A stretch of DNA of 64,000 bases from Felis catus (GCF_018350175.1 NC_058368.1:237648001-237712000), one strand, 5' to 3'; shown: positions 37,690-51,170, counted from the first letter of the stretch. Numbers and translations: made by a program. Notes: generated from the sequence alone by a model not told the origin.

Positions 37690-40600
37690 GTTTCCTTTCG
37701 TAAGAAACCGCCAAACTGTCTCCCAAAGTGGCTGCACCGCGTGGCACCCCCACCAGCGATGAGTGAGAGACCCTCGTGCTCCACGCCCCCGCCAGCCTTT
37801 GCTTTGTCAGCGTTCCAGATTTTGGCCATACGTGTATAATGGTATTTCGCTGCTTGGTTTTTGTTTTTTAACTCGCATTTGCCGAGTGACATGTGACACA
37901 GAGCATCTTCCCGTATGCCCGCCGGCCTTCTGTATGTCGTCTTTGGTGAAGCGACCGTTGCCGTCTTTCATCCGTTGATTAACCAGGTTGTTTATTTTCT
38001 TGTTGTGGAGTGTCAAAAGTTCTTTGTGTCTGTGGGATGCGAGTGCTTCGTCAGACGCGTCTTTGGCAACTATCTTCTTCCAGCACTGGCTCATCTTCTC
38101 CTTTTCTAGACGCTTCTTTCGCAGAGCAGAAGCTTTTAATGTTAGGTCCGGCTAATCAGTTCTTTCTTTCACGGATCGTGCCTTTGATCCATGGAAAAAG
38201 ACGTACGCAAAGTCAGTTGGGTTTTCTCTTATTCCAGGAGTGTTCTAGTTTTGTGTTTTACATTTAAGTCTGTGATCCGTTTTGAGCTAAGTTTTATGAA
38301 GAGTGTGAGGACTGTGTCTGTATTCATTTTTTTCTGCGTGTACATGTGGACATCCGGTTGTCCCAGCACCAGTTGTTGAAAGGATTGTCTTTGCTCTTTG
38401 TCAAAGGTCAATTGCCTCTATGTATGTGGGTCTATTTCTGGGCTTTCTATGGTGTTTCATCGACCTATTTGTCTGTTCTTGGTTGTTGTCACTTTATAGC
38501 AAGTTATTAAGTCAAGTGGTGTGAACCTTCCAACTTTGTTCTGCTTCAGGATTGCATTGGCTATTCTGCTTTTTTGCCTCTCCGTATAAACGTTGGGGTC
38601 AATGTTTTGGTATCCACAAAATAACTTGCTGGAATTTTGATTGGGATTGCATCGAATCTATGGGCCAAGTTGAAAAGACTGACATCTTGACGATGTTGAG
38701 TCTTCCTACAAATGAACATGTGATATCTCTCCACTCATTTACTTCTTTGATTTCGTTCATCAGAGTTTTGTAGGTCTTCATATAAACCTTTTACATATCT
38801 TGTTAGCTTTATGTCCACAACGTTCGTTGTTTACAATGCTAATATTAATTGTATTGTGCTTTTAATTTCAAATTCTACTTGTTTCGCATTGGCATATAGG
38901 ATAATTGAATTTTGTGTATTAACCTTGTATCCTGAACCTTGATTTTATGGTTATTGTTTCCTGGAGTTTTTGGTAGACTCTTCTGAATTATCTACGTAGA
39001 CAATCATGGCATCTGTGATCGAAGTCAATTTTATTTTTTCCTTCTCAATCTGTATACTTGTGTTTCCTTTTCTTTTCTTTTCTTATTGCACTAGCTAGTA
39101 CTCCCAGTACGATGTTGAAAAGGGGTGGTGAGAGGGGACATTTTTGCTTTGGTCCTACTCTTATTGGAAAAGCCTCCAGTTTCCCATCATCGAGTATGTT
39201 GTTGACTGAGTTCTTTTTGCTTGTTTGTGTGTTTGTTTTGTTTGGTTAATATTCTTTTTCAAGTCGAGGCTGTTCCTCTCCCAGTTCTACTTCACTAAGT
39301 TTTTATCATGAATCAGTGGTGGATTTTTGTCAAATGCTTTTTGCCCATCTATTGACATGATAGTGTGATTTTTCTTTTTTAGCTTGTTGGTATGATGTAT
39401 TACATTAAATGATTTTTGAATGCCAGACTAGCTTTGCATAGCTGAGATAAATTCCACTTGATTGTGGTGTTAATTATTTTTATACATTCTTGGATTTAAT
39501 TTGCTAATATTTTCTGGAGTGGTTTTTGCATCTGCGTTTGGGAGAGATACTGGTCTGTAGTTTTCCTTTGCTGGTAATGATTTGTCTGGTTTAGTATTAG
39601 GGTAATGCTGGCATTATAGAATGAGTTAGAAAGTATCCCATCTGCTTCTAACCTCTGAAAGAGATTGTAGAGAATGGGTATAATTTCTTCCTTAAATGTT
39701 TGGTAGAATTAATCCGTGAACCTATCTGGGTTTTGAAAGGTTGTTGACTTTTTTACGTAATTTCTTTACAGATATAGGCTTATTAATTTATTTCTTCTTG
39801 TGTGAGTTCTGGCAGATTGTGTTTTTAAAGGAATTGGTTCATTTCAGCTAGGGTATCAAATTAGTGGTTTTAGAATTGTTCATAGTATTTGGTTATTATC
39901 CTTTTAATATCTATAGGACCTGTAGTTATGTTTTCTCTTTCCTTTCTGATACTAGCGATTTGTGTCCTCTCTCTTTCTCAGGTAGCCCAACATACACTTA
40001 TTGGTTTTATTGCTTTTTTCAAAAACACTAGCTTTTGCTTTCATTGTTTTTCTCTATTGATTTCCTGTTTTCAGTTTTGTTGACTTCTTCTCTAATTCTT
40101 ACTATCTCTTTACTTCTGTTTACTTTGGGTTTAATTTCTTTTCTTAATTTCTTTTTCTAGTTCCCACATTGATTTCGGATCTTTGTTTCTTTTTCAATAT
40201 GTGCATTTAAAGCTATAAATTTCTGTCTAACATTGCTTTCACTGCATCCCACAAACGCTGATAAATTGTGTTTTCATTTTCATTTACCTCAAAATATTTT
40301 TAATGCTTATTTATTTTTGATAGAGCATGAGGAGGGGATGGGCAGAGAGGGAGGGAGGGGCAGAGAGAGAGAGGGGGACAGAGGATCCGAAGTGGGCTCT
40401 GCGCTGACAGCAGTGAGCCGATGTGGGTTTAAACTCACAAACGGTGAGATCATGACCTGAGCTGAGATCGGACGCTCAAACCGACTCCCCTATTTCAAAA
40501 TATTTTTAAAATAAAATATTTTTCAAAATATTTTTAAATTACTCTTTATGTGTTTAAATTATTAATGTGTTTTAATTATTATTATTAAATGTGTTTATTT

Positions 40601-41330
40601 TTAAATTACTCTTTATGTGTTTTCCTTGACGCATGTGTTAATTGGAAGTGTGTGGTTGAATGCGTTTAGGGATTTTCTAGCTCTCTTCCTGTTACTTATT
40701 TCTAGTTCAATTCCATGTGGTCTGAACGAAGGTGTTGTGTGACTTCTGCTCTTTTGTGTTTGTGTGTGTCCTAAGGCCCAGAAGGTGGTCGGTCTCGGTG
40801 AATGTTCCATGTGTGTTTGAGAAGAGTGTGTTCTGTATTGTTGGGTGAAATAGTCTACAGATGTCAGTTAGGCCCTGTTGACTAATGGTGTCGTTCAGTC
40901 CAGTTATGCCCTTACGATATTCTGCCTTCTGGATCTGTCTGTTTGTGATGGAAGGATGGTTAAGTGTTCAACTGTGGCAGTGGGTTTTTCTTTTTCTCTT
41001 TGCAGTCCTGTTAGCTTTTGCCCCATGTGGTTCGATGCTCTGTTTTAGGTATACAGATCCTATGTCTTCTTGGCGAAGTGGCCCCTTTTAACTATGTAAT
41101 ACCCCCTTTTCTATCCTTGATAACTATTTTTGTTTTGAATTTTCTCTGTCTGAAATTAATATAGCTTTGCTTCCTTTCTTCTGGTTAGTGCCAGCCTGGT
41201 ATGCTTTTCTCCATCTATTTACTTTTACTCCATACGTGTCTTATAATCACAGCGGGTTTCTTCTGGATGGTGTGTACCTGTGTCTTGTTTCTGATCCACT
41301 CTGACAGTCTCTGTTATTTAGTCAAGGTAT
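37690..41330 (-). pseudogene. Decayed L1 ORF2 (endonuclease/reverse transcriptase)
   Basis: Fragments 'NEIKEVNEWRDITCSFVGRLNIVKMS' (38599-38781), 'CWKKIVAKDASDEALASHRHKELLTLHNKKINN' (37807-38094) and 'HGIELEISNRK' (40613-40810); many stops and frameshifts. Confidence 0.85.
40303..40490 (-). mobile_element. Can-SINE nested in L1, head partly deleted
   Basis: Body intact to 'cggacgctcaaaccgactcccc'; TSD tcaaaatattttta at 40289-40302 and 40495-40508. Confidence 0.92.
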
Positions 41331-41651
41331 TTGGACCACTGAGGCTCGGTGGTTATTGGTATAGCTGGAGTAATGTCTACTGAATTTGTCGCCCTTTCCT
41401 CTTTGTGGTTTGAGTGGAGTATTTTGCATGATTCCATTTTATCTCTTTACTTAGCATGTGAGTCATACTTCTTTTTAGTTTACTTTTGTCGTGGTCCCCC
41501 TGGCATTCGTAGTACACATTCACAAGCGAGCCACACATCCACTTCCAAATAATGCTACACTAATTCACAGGTAGTGAAAATATCTTATAATAAAAACATC
41601 TTAATTGCTACCTCTCATCGCTTGTACAGTGACTGTTATTTATTTTACTTA

Positions 41652-41866
41652 AAAATTTTTTTACATTTATTTTTTTTTTTTTGAGAGCTAGACACAGTGT
41701 GAGCAGGGGAGGAGCAGGGAGAGAGAGGGAGACGCAGAATCGGAAGCAGGCTCCAGGCTCTGAGGTGTCAGCACAGAGCCCGACATGGGGCTCGAACTCA
41801 AGAACCGCGAGATCATGACCTGAGCCGAAGTTGGATGCTCAACTCACTGAGCCACCCAGGAGCCCC
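41652..41866 (-). mobile_element. Can-SINE nested in L1
   Basis: Ends in gccacccaggagcccc; TSD ttttactta. Confidence 0.96.
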
Positions 41867-42150
41867 TGTTTTACTTATATATAAGCTGCGTAAGCACACG
41901 TCTTTTCATGGATATGAATATATACACACGCATAAGATATATACATAAGATAAGAATCAGATACATTGTTGCATATACATCAATTAAAAATAAAAAAACC
42001 AAGTTTTTTATTTTACCTTCACTTACTCATTCTCCAATGCTTTTCGTTTCTTTATGTTGAGCTGAGTATCTTTGTTGTGGTTTTGGGAGGTTTTTTAAAT
42101 CTTCTCTCTTAGTCTTTTTTATTCTTCTTTTCTTTTAGTCTTCTCCTCCG

Positions 42151-43060
42151 TCAAAAAACTTCTTTCAACATTTCTTGCAAGGCAAGTCTACTGGCAATAA
42201 ATTTCCTCAGTTTTCGTTTTTCTGGGAAAGTCTTTACTTCTCCTTCACTTTTGAAGCATAATTTTGCAGAACCCCAAGTTTTTGTTTTCAGTTTTGTGTC
42301 TCTCAGCGATTTAAATATCTTGCTCTGTTCCTTTCCTGCTTTCATGCCTTCTGAGTACAAGTCGGAGGAAATTCTTACATTCGTTTCTCTGTAAGTAAGG
42401 TGTTTCGTTTTTGGTTTTCTGGTTTCCTTCAAGATTTTTTTCTTTCACTTCGATTTTGTGCAGCTTGAAGGTGATGTGCCCGGATCTGGTCTTGGTGCCA
42501 CTGGCCCCTCTTGGTGGTGTTCTCTGAGCATCCTGCACTGCGATCTGGGGTCTGACATTCACGTGGGAAAACTGGAAGTCGTGATTGCTGCAAATATTCT
42601 CTTCTGTTCCTCTCTTGCTTCTCCTGGCATTTCTGTTCTAGGTATTACACCTTTGTAGTCGCCCCACAGTCCCTGGGTATCCTGTGGGCATTTTTTGTTT
42701 GCTTGTTTTTTGTTTTTCGTCTTGTTCTCTTTTCAGTTTTTGAAGTTTCAGTTGACATAACCTCAAATCCAGATGCTCTTTCCTCAGCCGTAGCCAGTCC
42801 ACTCATCAGCCCATCAAAGGCATTCTTCATTTCTAAAAGGGGTTTTGATCTCTAGCACGTCTTTGGATTCTTTCTTCACGTTCGCCCCTCTCCGCTCCCA
42901 TGGCCACCTGCCCTTGCATTCCCCTTGTCCATCAGAGCCCTTAGCGTGTGAATCCCGGTTGGTTTACACTCCCCGTGTGATCATTCCAACATCCTTGCCT
43001 TGTCGAACGCTCTGATGCTTGCTCTGTCTCTTCAAATTGGTTTTTGCCTTTTAGTCTGCC
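42151..43060 (-). pseudogene. Decayed L1 ORF1
   Basis: 'HLTYRETNVRISSDL...AKLCFKSEGEVKTFPEKRKLRKFIASRLALQEMLKEVF', 'QDAQRTP...HITFKL' and 'MKNAFDGLMSGLATAEER' are recognisable ORF1p segments. Confidence 0.9.
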
Positions 43061-44518
43061 TTGTGAGTTTTGACACGCTGTACGAGGTAAAAGGAACTGC
43101 TGTAAGTGAGCATCTCCAGTGTGGCAGTGAGCAGTGGGGAGAGGGGTGTTTTCTACTCCTCTGGTTAAGTCTTGGGGTTTTAGTGAGTGCATGCTCCCAG
43201 ACCGTGTCCCTCTGTGTTTTCCTCCCTTGTTGACCGGGGCTGGTTGGCTAGAGTGGGTTGTATTTGGGTACTTCCCTTGTCCCACGTAGAAGGCTGGAGC
43301 TGACAGGGCCTGGGTAGTCCCCTTCCCCTGGGTCACCTAGGCTCTGATAATACTCTAGCAGATCGGGCTCTGTCAGCCCCTTTCTCACGGGGCAGGCTTT
43401 GTTCAGAACGACAGAAAGCTGCAGTGACTTTCTAAATGGCTCCTTTCCCACATCCCCTGCTGGAAGTCTGAGGGGATTGCGTTCTAGTATTTACTGTGGG
43501 GAACTGGTCAAGCCCCTGGGGGTAAATCTCACAATATTGTGGGAGTCCCTCTACGACTGGGTCCCCTTGGAGCTCTTAACTCCCAGAATTGTCCACCCTG
43601 AGCCTCTAGGAATTCTTCAACTGTAGTTCAGGTTTTCCACTCTTGTTCTGGTTCCTACTCTGGGCTCCTTCTCCAGGAAGCCATAACTGGCTGAGTCACT
43701 GGTCTCTCCCACCTGTGGGCAGCCGTCTTCCCTGTGGCCTCTCCTCTCTTACAGGCCCAAAGAAAGTTGTTGATTCTTCAGCCGGTTAGTGTTCTATTTC
43801 CTGTTAGGATGCATGTTAAGCCCAAGGTCCTCTTGAGAGGTTCTTAAATCAACAAAAATAATTTGCTTACTGACCTGTATAAATACGGGGCTGATGATAA
43901 GTCAACAAAAGGAGCAGACACGATCGTTTTGAAACTGTAGTCACTTCCTGATACAAAGATTATGTCTTGAACTATGTTTACATGATAGTAGGTAAAGCAG
44001 AGATTCAATAAATACCTTGTTATTTAATAAAGAAAAGTCAGCTTGATTATTTCAAGCCAAAGGATTTAACTCCAGGAACCGAATGATCTGAATCAGTTAT
44101 CGACCTTGACTAAATTAACCGGCTAATTGTCAAATTTTTACCTATTCTCTCCTCTTCTTCTCTTAGATCAAATAATACGACCACTTACTTCTTAAAACTC
44201 GTAAAGCGTGAAGATTAAAACTCTTTACCTCAAGGGCCCCAATGAAATTAGTAGGCCAGATTCCAACTATAATGGCATAATTGAGACAGCAGCAGACTCC
44301 CGCCACAGCCAGCTACAAAACTCGACAAAACACGGAAGCAGTGGTTTTCATTCAGTGTATCACACGCAGGGCAAGAAAGTGAAATGCAGGTGGGGAGTCC
44401 CATGATTCCCCAGCTCTCACCTGGTGATCGTCTACTTCCCACGTCAAAATGTAACAAATTGGATGCAGACAGTGGGAAATATCCGGCATAAAGTAAGAAG
44501 TCTAGAATGTAAAGATGT

Positions 44519-44738
44519 GGGGCCCAGGGGTGACTCAGTCAGTTGAGCATCCAACTTCGGCTCGGGTCATGATCCCGGGGTCCATGGCTTCGAGCCCTGT
44601 GTCCAGCTCTGTGCTGACAGCTCGGAGCATGGAGCTTGCTTCGGATTCTGTGTCCCCCTCTCTCTCTGCCCTTCCCCTGCTCACACTCTGTCTCCCTCTC
44701 AAAAATAAATACTCGTTAAAAAATTAAAAATGAAATAA
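44519..44738 (+). mobile_element. Can-SINE
   Basis: TSD aatgtaaagatgt (44506-44518) / aatgtgaagatgt (44739-44751). Confidence 0.95.
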
Positions 44739-45424
44739 AATGTGAAGATGTACAATATTGAATGTAAATAACCTTATAGTAAACATGAAATGTAATAAGA
44801 GTTTTAGATGAGAAGGTAATAGATGAAATAAAAAATTTTAACTATGAATCCAAGAAAAAAAAATAGCAATGAACAGACAGACAAACAAAAAAGCATATCA
44901 TGGCTAAATAATAAATGAAGAGTGAAATGGTTGATTTAACTCAATCATCACACACAGAAAGTGAATTATAAGGCCGAAATTTCAGACTGGTTAGGCAAGT
45001 TGGACCCAACTAAATTCTGTCTCTCAGAGGCGTGTTTCGTATATAAAGACAGATACTAAAAGTGGGAGGACAGGATAGATGTGCCCTGCAAAGACATGAC
45101 AGAGCTGGTCTGCTTATGTTGGTATCAGGCAAAGGATGAGCTGGGCTATATCCACTCTAGAACGTTCTAATCGTCAGAAGGCAATGCCAATCAAGTACAC
45201 GAAACAGCACAACCACAGTCTGGAGGAAAGAGTCACAGCACAGGTGTGTGACCAAAGACTTGGGTCAGGGATTTTCATACATGTGTAACATCCGGATACA
45301 AGCCTTTGTGCACACAGGGCGGGCGGGGGGGGGGGGGCACAGGCATGCATGCATTTTACAAACTGCATCTGTGCGATGCATAGATATATACACACATATG
45401 CAAAAAGAACCAGCAGGAAAACTT

Positions 45425-45655
45425 ATTTCTCAAGAAGAGAAGGACAAATCCCACGTGATCTCATGTATACGTAGAAACAAAAGAGGGGACAGAAATGACA
45501 AAGAAAAACAGAACTCAGACCCAGAGCACAGGCTGGCGGTGCCAGAGGCAGGGCCGAAGAGGGTCAGAAAGTACAGACTTCCAGTTATAAAATAAGTAAG
45601 TTCTGGGGATGGAAGGCAGAGCACGGGGATTACAGTTCCTGACGCTATTGTGTTA
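45425..45655 (+). mobile_element. L1 3' UTR fragment (L1MA/carnivore-type)
   Basis: 'gagaaggacaaatcccacgtgatctca...gggtcagaaagtacagacttccagttataaaataagtaagttctggggat'. Confidence 0.75.
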
Positions 45656-45684
45656 GAAACGCCTTGTAATGGGACGACCATCCT

Positions 45685-46390
45685 AACTGAAAAGTGGACA
45701 AGCTATTTGAACAGATACGCCTCAAAAGAAGGTACATACATGGCAGTCTGCTCTTGAAAGATGTCCAGGGTTGTGAGTCATCAGGTGTGTATACAGCACA
45801 TTCACAACGACCTCAGATCTCTGTACAACTTAAAAGGATGAACGGTGCCAACGGCCAGAGAGGACGAAGCCAACAGAGCCCTTGCACACTTCTGGGGAGT
45901 AGACAGCGGGACAGTCCTCACGTGAAGCAATTGTAACGTTAAACATGCACCTGCTACGTGAGCCACTCCTAAGTCCTTACGTCGGAGAAATGAAAACTTA
46001 CATCCATGAAAATGACTAGTACCAAAATGTTCACAGCAGCTTTATTCTATCAATGGATAGATACTGATAGATACGTTAGCTAGATCTATCGATGTGTAAA
46101 CAAATCGCCATGCATTCATACCATGAAAGAATATTCGGCTATGAAAACAAGTGAATTACTGATGCTCCCAACACAGGTACACCTCACAGCCTCATGGTGA
46201 ACAGAAGAGCCCAGACATAAATGAGAAGAAATGTGTAATTCCACTCACATGAAATTCTGGAACCGGCAAAATACAAGTCAGATCAACGTGGGCCTGCGGA
46301 AGGGCCTATCCCTTGAGAGGAGGCCCAACAGAACTTTCTGGAGAGATAGTAATGCTCTATGTTTTGATGGCAGGAGTTTGTTCTCGGTAA
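45685..46390 (+). mobile_element. Ancient L1 (L1ME-like) 3' fragment
   Basis: 'gagaaatgaaaacttacatcca...aatgttcacagcagctttatt...gaagagcccagac...taattccactcacatgaaattct'. Confidence 0.7.
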
Positions 46391-48034
46391 GCATTTGTGC
46401 TGCCCCGCGTCACATGCTTGCATGAGGGATGCGGTTCCTGCGTAAACACGACCGCGGCTCATCTGTCTTCACCGCGTTCGGTCAGGTCTGGAGACGTGTG
46501 GCTGTGTGTCTCAGGAAGGTGACAATCGAGGGCTAATCCGATTCTAACAGCATCAACAACTTCCGCCAGGCTCTCCCACCGCTGAGTTCTGGGCGTCCTG
46601 AGAATAGACCTATTGTTTGCAAAGCCAACAAGTAAAATTCTTTCATCCAAGGCTGACTCACCCACGGTCATGTTACCCAACTAAACTCTTTTCAATCGTG
46701 TGAGTCCTTGCTAGTGGCCATTTACGACTGGTCACCGTGCGTCTTTACTTTGAAATCTCTAAATTTTCCTGAAGGATGCAATTCTCCTGTCTCCACCTAA
46801 TGCATCAATTATTCAAGCTTTATGAACATTTCCCCAATTATGCCTTTGATTTACTGCTTCAAGCAGTCTGCATTATCTAGAATACATCTGTGAATGTCAC
46901 TCACGATTTATGCTCTCTCCAGTTTACTGGCCTCATACACTTCGAGGTGCTACTGATTTCATTTCTTTATTTTCCTTCAAAGCCCACAGAGTCCAATGTT
47001 TTCTACTTTGCTTAGATTGTTGTTTTGTCATTAAAATTTGTTTTGGCTCCTTCCCATCTCTTCCATCAGTATGTTATAATCTCACAATTAAAATGTCTAA
47101 TTTATTTCCTCATGTTCCCGATGTTATTGAAATTGGCTAGCACTCTCTAGAAAGGATGCCAAGATCTTAATAGGCACCAAGGTAACAAAACATTTTGTCT
47201 CCTTTTATTTTCTGTTTCCATTATACTAACAAAATAAAATATTTAACCTATAGTCGGATGGAATTCAATTTACCTGTATTTATTTTAGAAATAAATTACT
47301 TTGCAACTTTAAGTAACATTGCTTTTATGATTTTCCGTTGAGAACGGAAGTATTGCTATAAAACGGAAAGTTAAGATGTTCATTTTAACAAAACTGTAAC
47401 TTTAAAATGTAGCTCTCAATGACAGACAATGCTTTACGAGAACGGAGAGCAGTTTACCTTCATTGTCTTTTGGGGGCTGATCTGCCTTTAAATTATTAAT
47501 CTGACAAGTAGAATAGCGGTATTGGAATTTTAAAAATGTAATCTGAAGTTTAACTGCTTTGCCTGGGCACTCAAGATTGTCTTTGTGAAGTTTTCTTCAC
47601 TCTGATGTCAACTTTTATTATTGATTGAAATAATTATTAAATTCATCCCAGAAATAGATGGGTCTGGAACTCTGGGACGAGCAGAGCCCATCCGTGGGCT
47701 TGAGGGTCTGTGTCTAGGGTGGTCTTTTAGGCGCTCAACCTGCAAGGCTCCCAGAAACCTACTCTCGGGCTCTCCACAGATCATCGCTCACCGAATCCAT
47801 CCTGCCAGCCAAGAGGAGAGGCGGTGCCAGGCACTAGAACTATTAGAACGAAGCACTTCTTCATTCATTTCTTCTGCAGGTGTTTACTGAAGTCCCAGGA
47901 GGCACCGGGCTACATCCACAGCTGGAAACAAAACCAACTGGCCACCGCCCTCACTTTGGACTCGCGACAACCAGGCGGTGCTTGAAGGGACAGTGATGAC
48001 TGGATCTCACTTCAGTGACCACACGGGACCCAGG

Positions 48035-48549
48035 TAGTGGCTACATTCTGATCGCTGCATAATAAGTCACCCCAAAACTCAGTGGCTGAAGACAGCAATT
48101 CAGTTTTAGCGCTGGCGGTTCCGTGGGTTGCTGGGGCTGGATCTCCACCGTGTTGGCGTGCAAGATGGCGTGCTCACACATCTGGCGTTGGCTCTGGCTG
48201 TGGCCTGGTTGCTCAGCCCTCGGCCAGGGAGCCACAGTGTGGCCACTCTCCGCGTGGGACTTCTCCTGGCACGCGTGTGTCCAGAGGGAACGTACCGAGG
48301 GCAAGCGTCCCAAGAGGCAAGGAGAGGAAGCTTCCAGGCTAGCTGAAGGCTCTAACCGGACGGTTGCAGTGGCCTTTACACTGAGCTGGCTTGGTCTGAG
48401 CAGTCATAGGTTCCTCCCATAGTCAACGGGGAAAAACAACAACAAAAAACTTCACCTCAGAGTGGGAGAGGGGCAAGGTCCCGTTGAGGGGAGAGCACGT
48501 GGGATGGGAGGAGATGGTGCAGTCAGCTTTGGAAAATAAGATTTACCAC
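48035..48549 (-). mobile_element. MaLR LTR (MLT1H/J-like)
   Basis: 'gctgcataataagtcacccaaaactcagtggctgaagacagc...caagatggcgtgctcacacatctggc...ctttggaaaataagatttaccac'. Confidence 0.7.
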
Positions 48550-50947
48550 CGGCTCTAAGAAAGCTCCTGTGAATGTGTGACATCTATTCTAAGGTCCCTT
48601 ATTAACATATCAAGTCCGTAAACGGTAAGTCTAATAAACATGTATTGTGTTAGTGTGCAAGTGGTCCAAACATCTTACACACGTAAGCTCACTTACTCCG
48701 ATGACCTCCCGAAGAAGTGACTAACATCACTATTTTCACTTTGCAGGTAAGGACATTGACCCAAGACACCAACAAGATGCAAAGTCTACGCATCGGTGAA
48801 GAGACTAGAACTGTCTCTCTGTTGCTGCACCACACGGTATAGGGTGCGTCCTGTGTCACATGGACACTGCTGAGCAGGCGTCACCCAGAAAAGCAGGTGG
48901 ACAGGGGCTCTGGGCAAATTAAATACTCACGGAGGATTTCAGCGGAGGAGGGAGAAGGGAAAGAACTTGTGACTGGAGTAAGGTGAAGGAAGGCTGGGGC
49001 ACAAAGGACACGGGAAAGAGGTGCGGGCACAGCCCAGGGGCTCTGGAGGCTCATCTGGAACTTTAGATGTCTTTCTTGATGAGAAAGAAAAACTCTGAAA
49101 TATTTTCAGTACAGGAGTTGTGTGGCCAGACGTGTGGCTTCCAAAGACCACCCTGGGTGCTGTGCGAGAAGGGACTGGAGAAGGCTGGGCGTGGGGACCG
49201 AGAGCCAGGGTCCGCCAGGGGGTGGCTCCATTCGTTCACGGGAAGACTAAGGCTGAGCCCCAGGTGGGGCCGGAGATGAAGGACAGTGGACATGCTCGGT
49301 ACAGGCACGTCGCTGAGGAGCTGCACGGGCAGGACGTGGCAGGGGGTGCTGTGCTGAGATGCCTTCCTGGACACCGGTTCCCATGATGAAGGCTGTGCTG
49401 TCGGGGGCACCTGCTTCCAAGATGGGGAACAGGGCAAGAGGCAGACTGGGGGAGAAAACTGTCCGCTTCCTTGCCTCACTCTTCTGGAAGCCTGTGTTGA
49501 AGGCAGGAAGACATGAGCAGCATATCCACAATACGCTGGACCACACCCTTCGAGCTCCTGTGTTCGCGCACACCTCTCCAGGGGCTGATGCCCTGAATCT
49601 TGGACCACGTGGTCAAGATGCAATCGTGCTGTGGCTTGGGAAGGAGGCAGATCTGTAGGTCCCATGGTGCCCTTATCGTGAGAGTAGTCTGGACACTGGT
49701 CACAAAGACCTCGAGCCTCCTCTTGTGGGTGTCACATGTCCTAGCCAATTGGACGTTGGGTGTGGCATGGGGATGGTCAGGTGGGGTGGAGGGAGGGAGG
49801 GGAAAAGAGTGACGTCAGGATGAGATGAGAGAGGTCAGGGGCACGTGGGGTACCCGAAAGGGAACACGGGGAGAATCGGTATCGTTGTTCCCATGTTGAG
49901 ACTAACACTGTGTCTCACCGGCAATGAGAAAGATCAAAAGAAAACACCCTCCCCACCTTCAAATTGCTTGTGAGGCCGACTCCGTGCAAGTGACAGGGGG
50001 TGTTTTGCAGCTGCTGCGAGAGGGACACCAGGGCCGTCAGCAGCCGGAGCTGGAGAGGGTTCTGCAGAAGGGGACGATGTTTCATCCTTCTGGACCCATC
50101 AGTTTCCAGGCGGGAACAGCCCTCCAACTGTGGGCACAAGAGTACTTCGTGCTTCCAGATACTGAAAAGAAAAATCTAACATCATTTAAGTGGGGGTTAT
50201 AGATTGACATTTTCTTTATAAAGCCGACTTCTAGACGGCTTCAGAGTAGCTCTTCCGGTTTTGAAACAGGCCAGCTATATTCATTACATTGACTCTCTTT
50301 CAGATCTTGATGCTTGGAGAATAATTCCTCATTGGTATTTATTTTGCTCTAAATTAGCTATTTGCTTATTGACCCAAAATAGTTATCATCTCAGCTGGAA
50401 ATATATTGGAACTCTGGTTGCCAAACAAATATTCAGCAAAAGATGGAGAAAAGCATATGGGGAGGAAAACCCCACCAAGTCTGGGCTGCTGGTGCTCTGG
50501 AAGGCGCTCTGGCGGGCCGCCATGTGCCCCGCTGCACGCAGGCACCGGGGTGACAGTGATCGATTCGGCAGTGGGGAGGTGTTAATGATATTCAGCGCTG
50601 ATGGCTGAGATATTTATCATCTCTGCATTTATCATTATAAAGAGGACGCCAGAGCTAATTAAAGTCTGGGCTAACAGGGTGACCGGGGAGTCTGGGGGGC
50701 ACCGACGCCCAGAAAGACCTGGGAAAGCTTCCAGCAGGAAGGACACCAACCTTACAGCAAAGCCAATTAACTTAATTCTTCGGGAAAGCGTGTGTGGCAC
50801 TTTCATTTGGCTAAACTGGAGGACGGGTTTCAAGCACGTCTCCTATTTTGTGCCGAAACCGCAGGCTTGCTAACAGACAGTGACTGCTGTGTTCCCTCAC
50901 TCTGCTCCCAGCCCTACCCAACCCCATCTCAGAAAATCCTTACGCTT

Positions 50948-51170
50948 GGGGCGCCTGGGGGGCTCAGCCGGTTAAGGGTCCGACTTCGGCTCACGTCGCG
51001 ATCTCACGGTGCGTGGGTTCGAGCCCCGCGTCGGGCTCTGTGCTGACAGCTCAGAGCCTGGAGCCTGCTTCGGAGTCTGTCTGTCTGTCTGTCTCTCTCT
51101 GTCCCTCCCTGACTCACACTCTGTCTCTCTCCCTCCCAAAAATAAATAAAATTTAAAAAATTAAAAAAAT
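50948..51170 (+). mobile_element. Can-SINE
   Basis: ggggcgcctgggggg head; TSD aaaatccttac at 50933-50943 and 51171-51181. Confidence 0.96.

Larger units (their letters stand above)
37690..43810 (-). mobile_element. Near-full-length ancient L1 (L1MC-like), decayed, 3' UTR missing
   Basis: Continuous collinear L1 homology: 5' UTR-like ~43100-43810, ORF1 remnants, ORF2 EN/RT/C-terminal remnants. Confidence 0.9.

Noticed and set aside
50001..50202. Possible exon after gtgttttgcag
   Set aside because: No matching donor and the peptide is unrecognised
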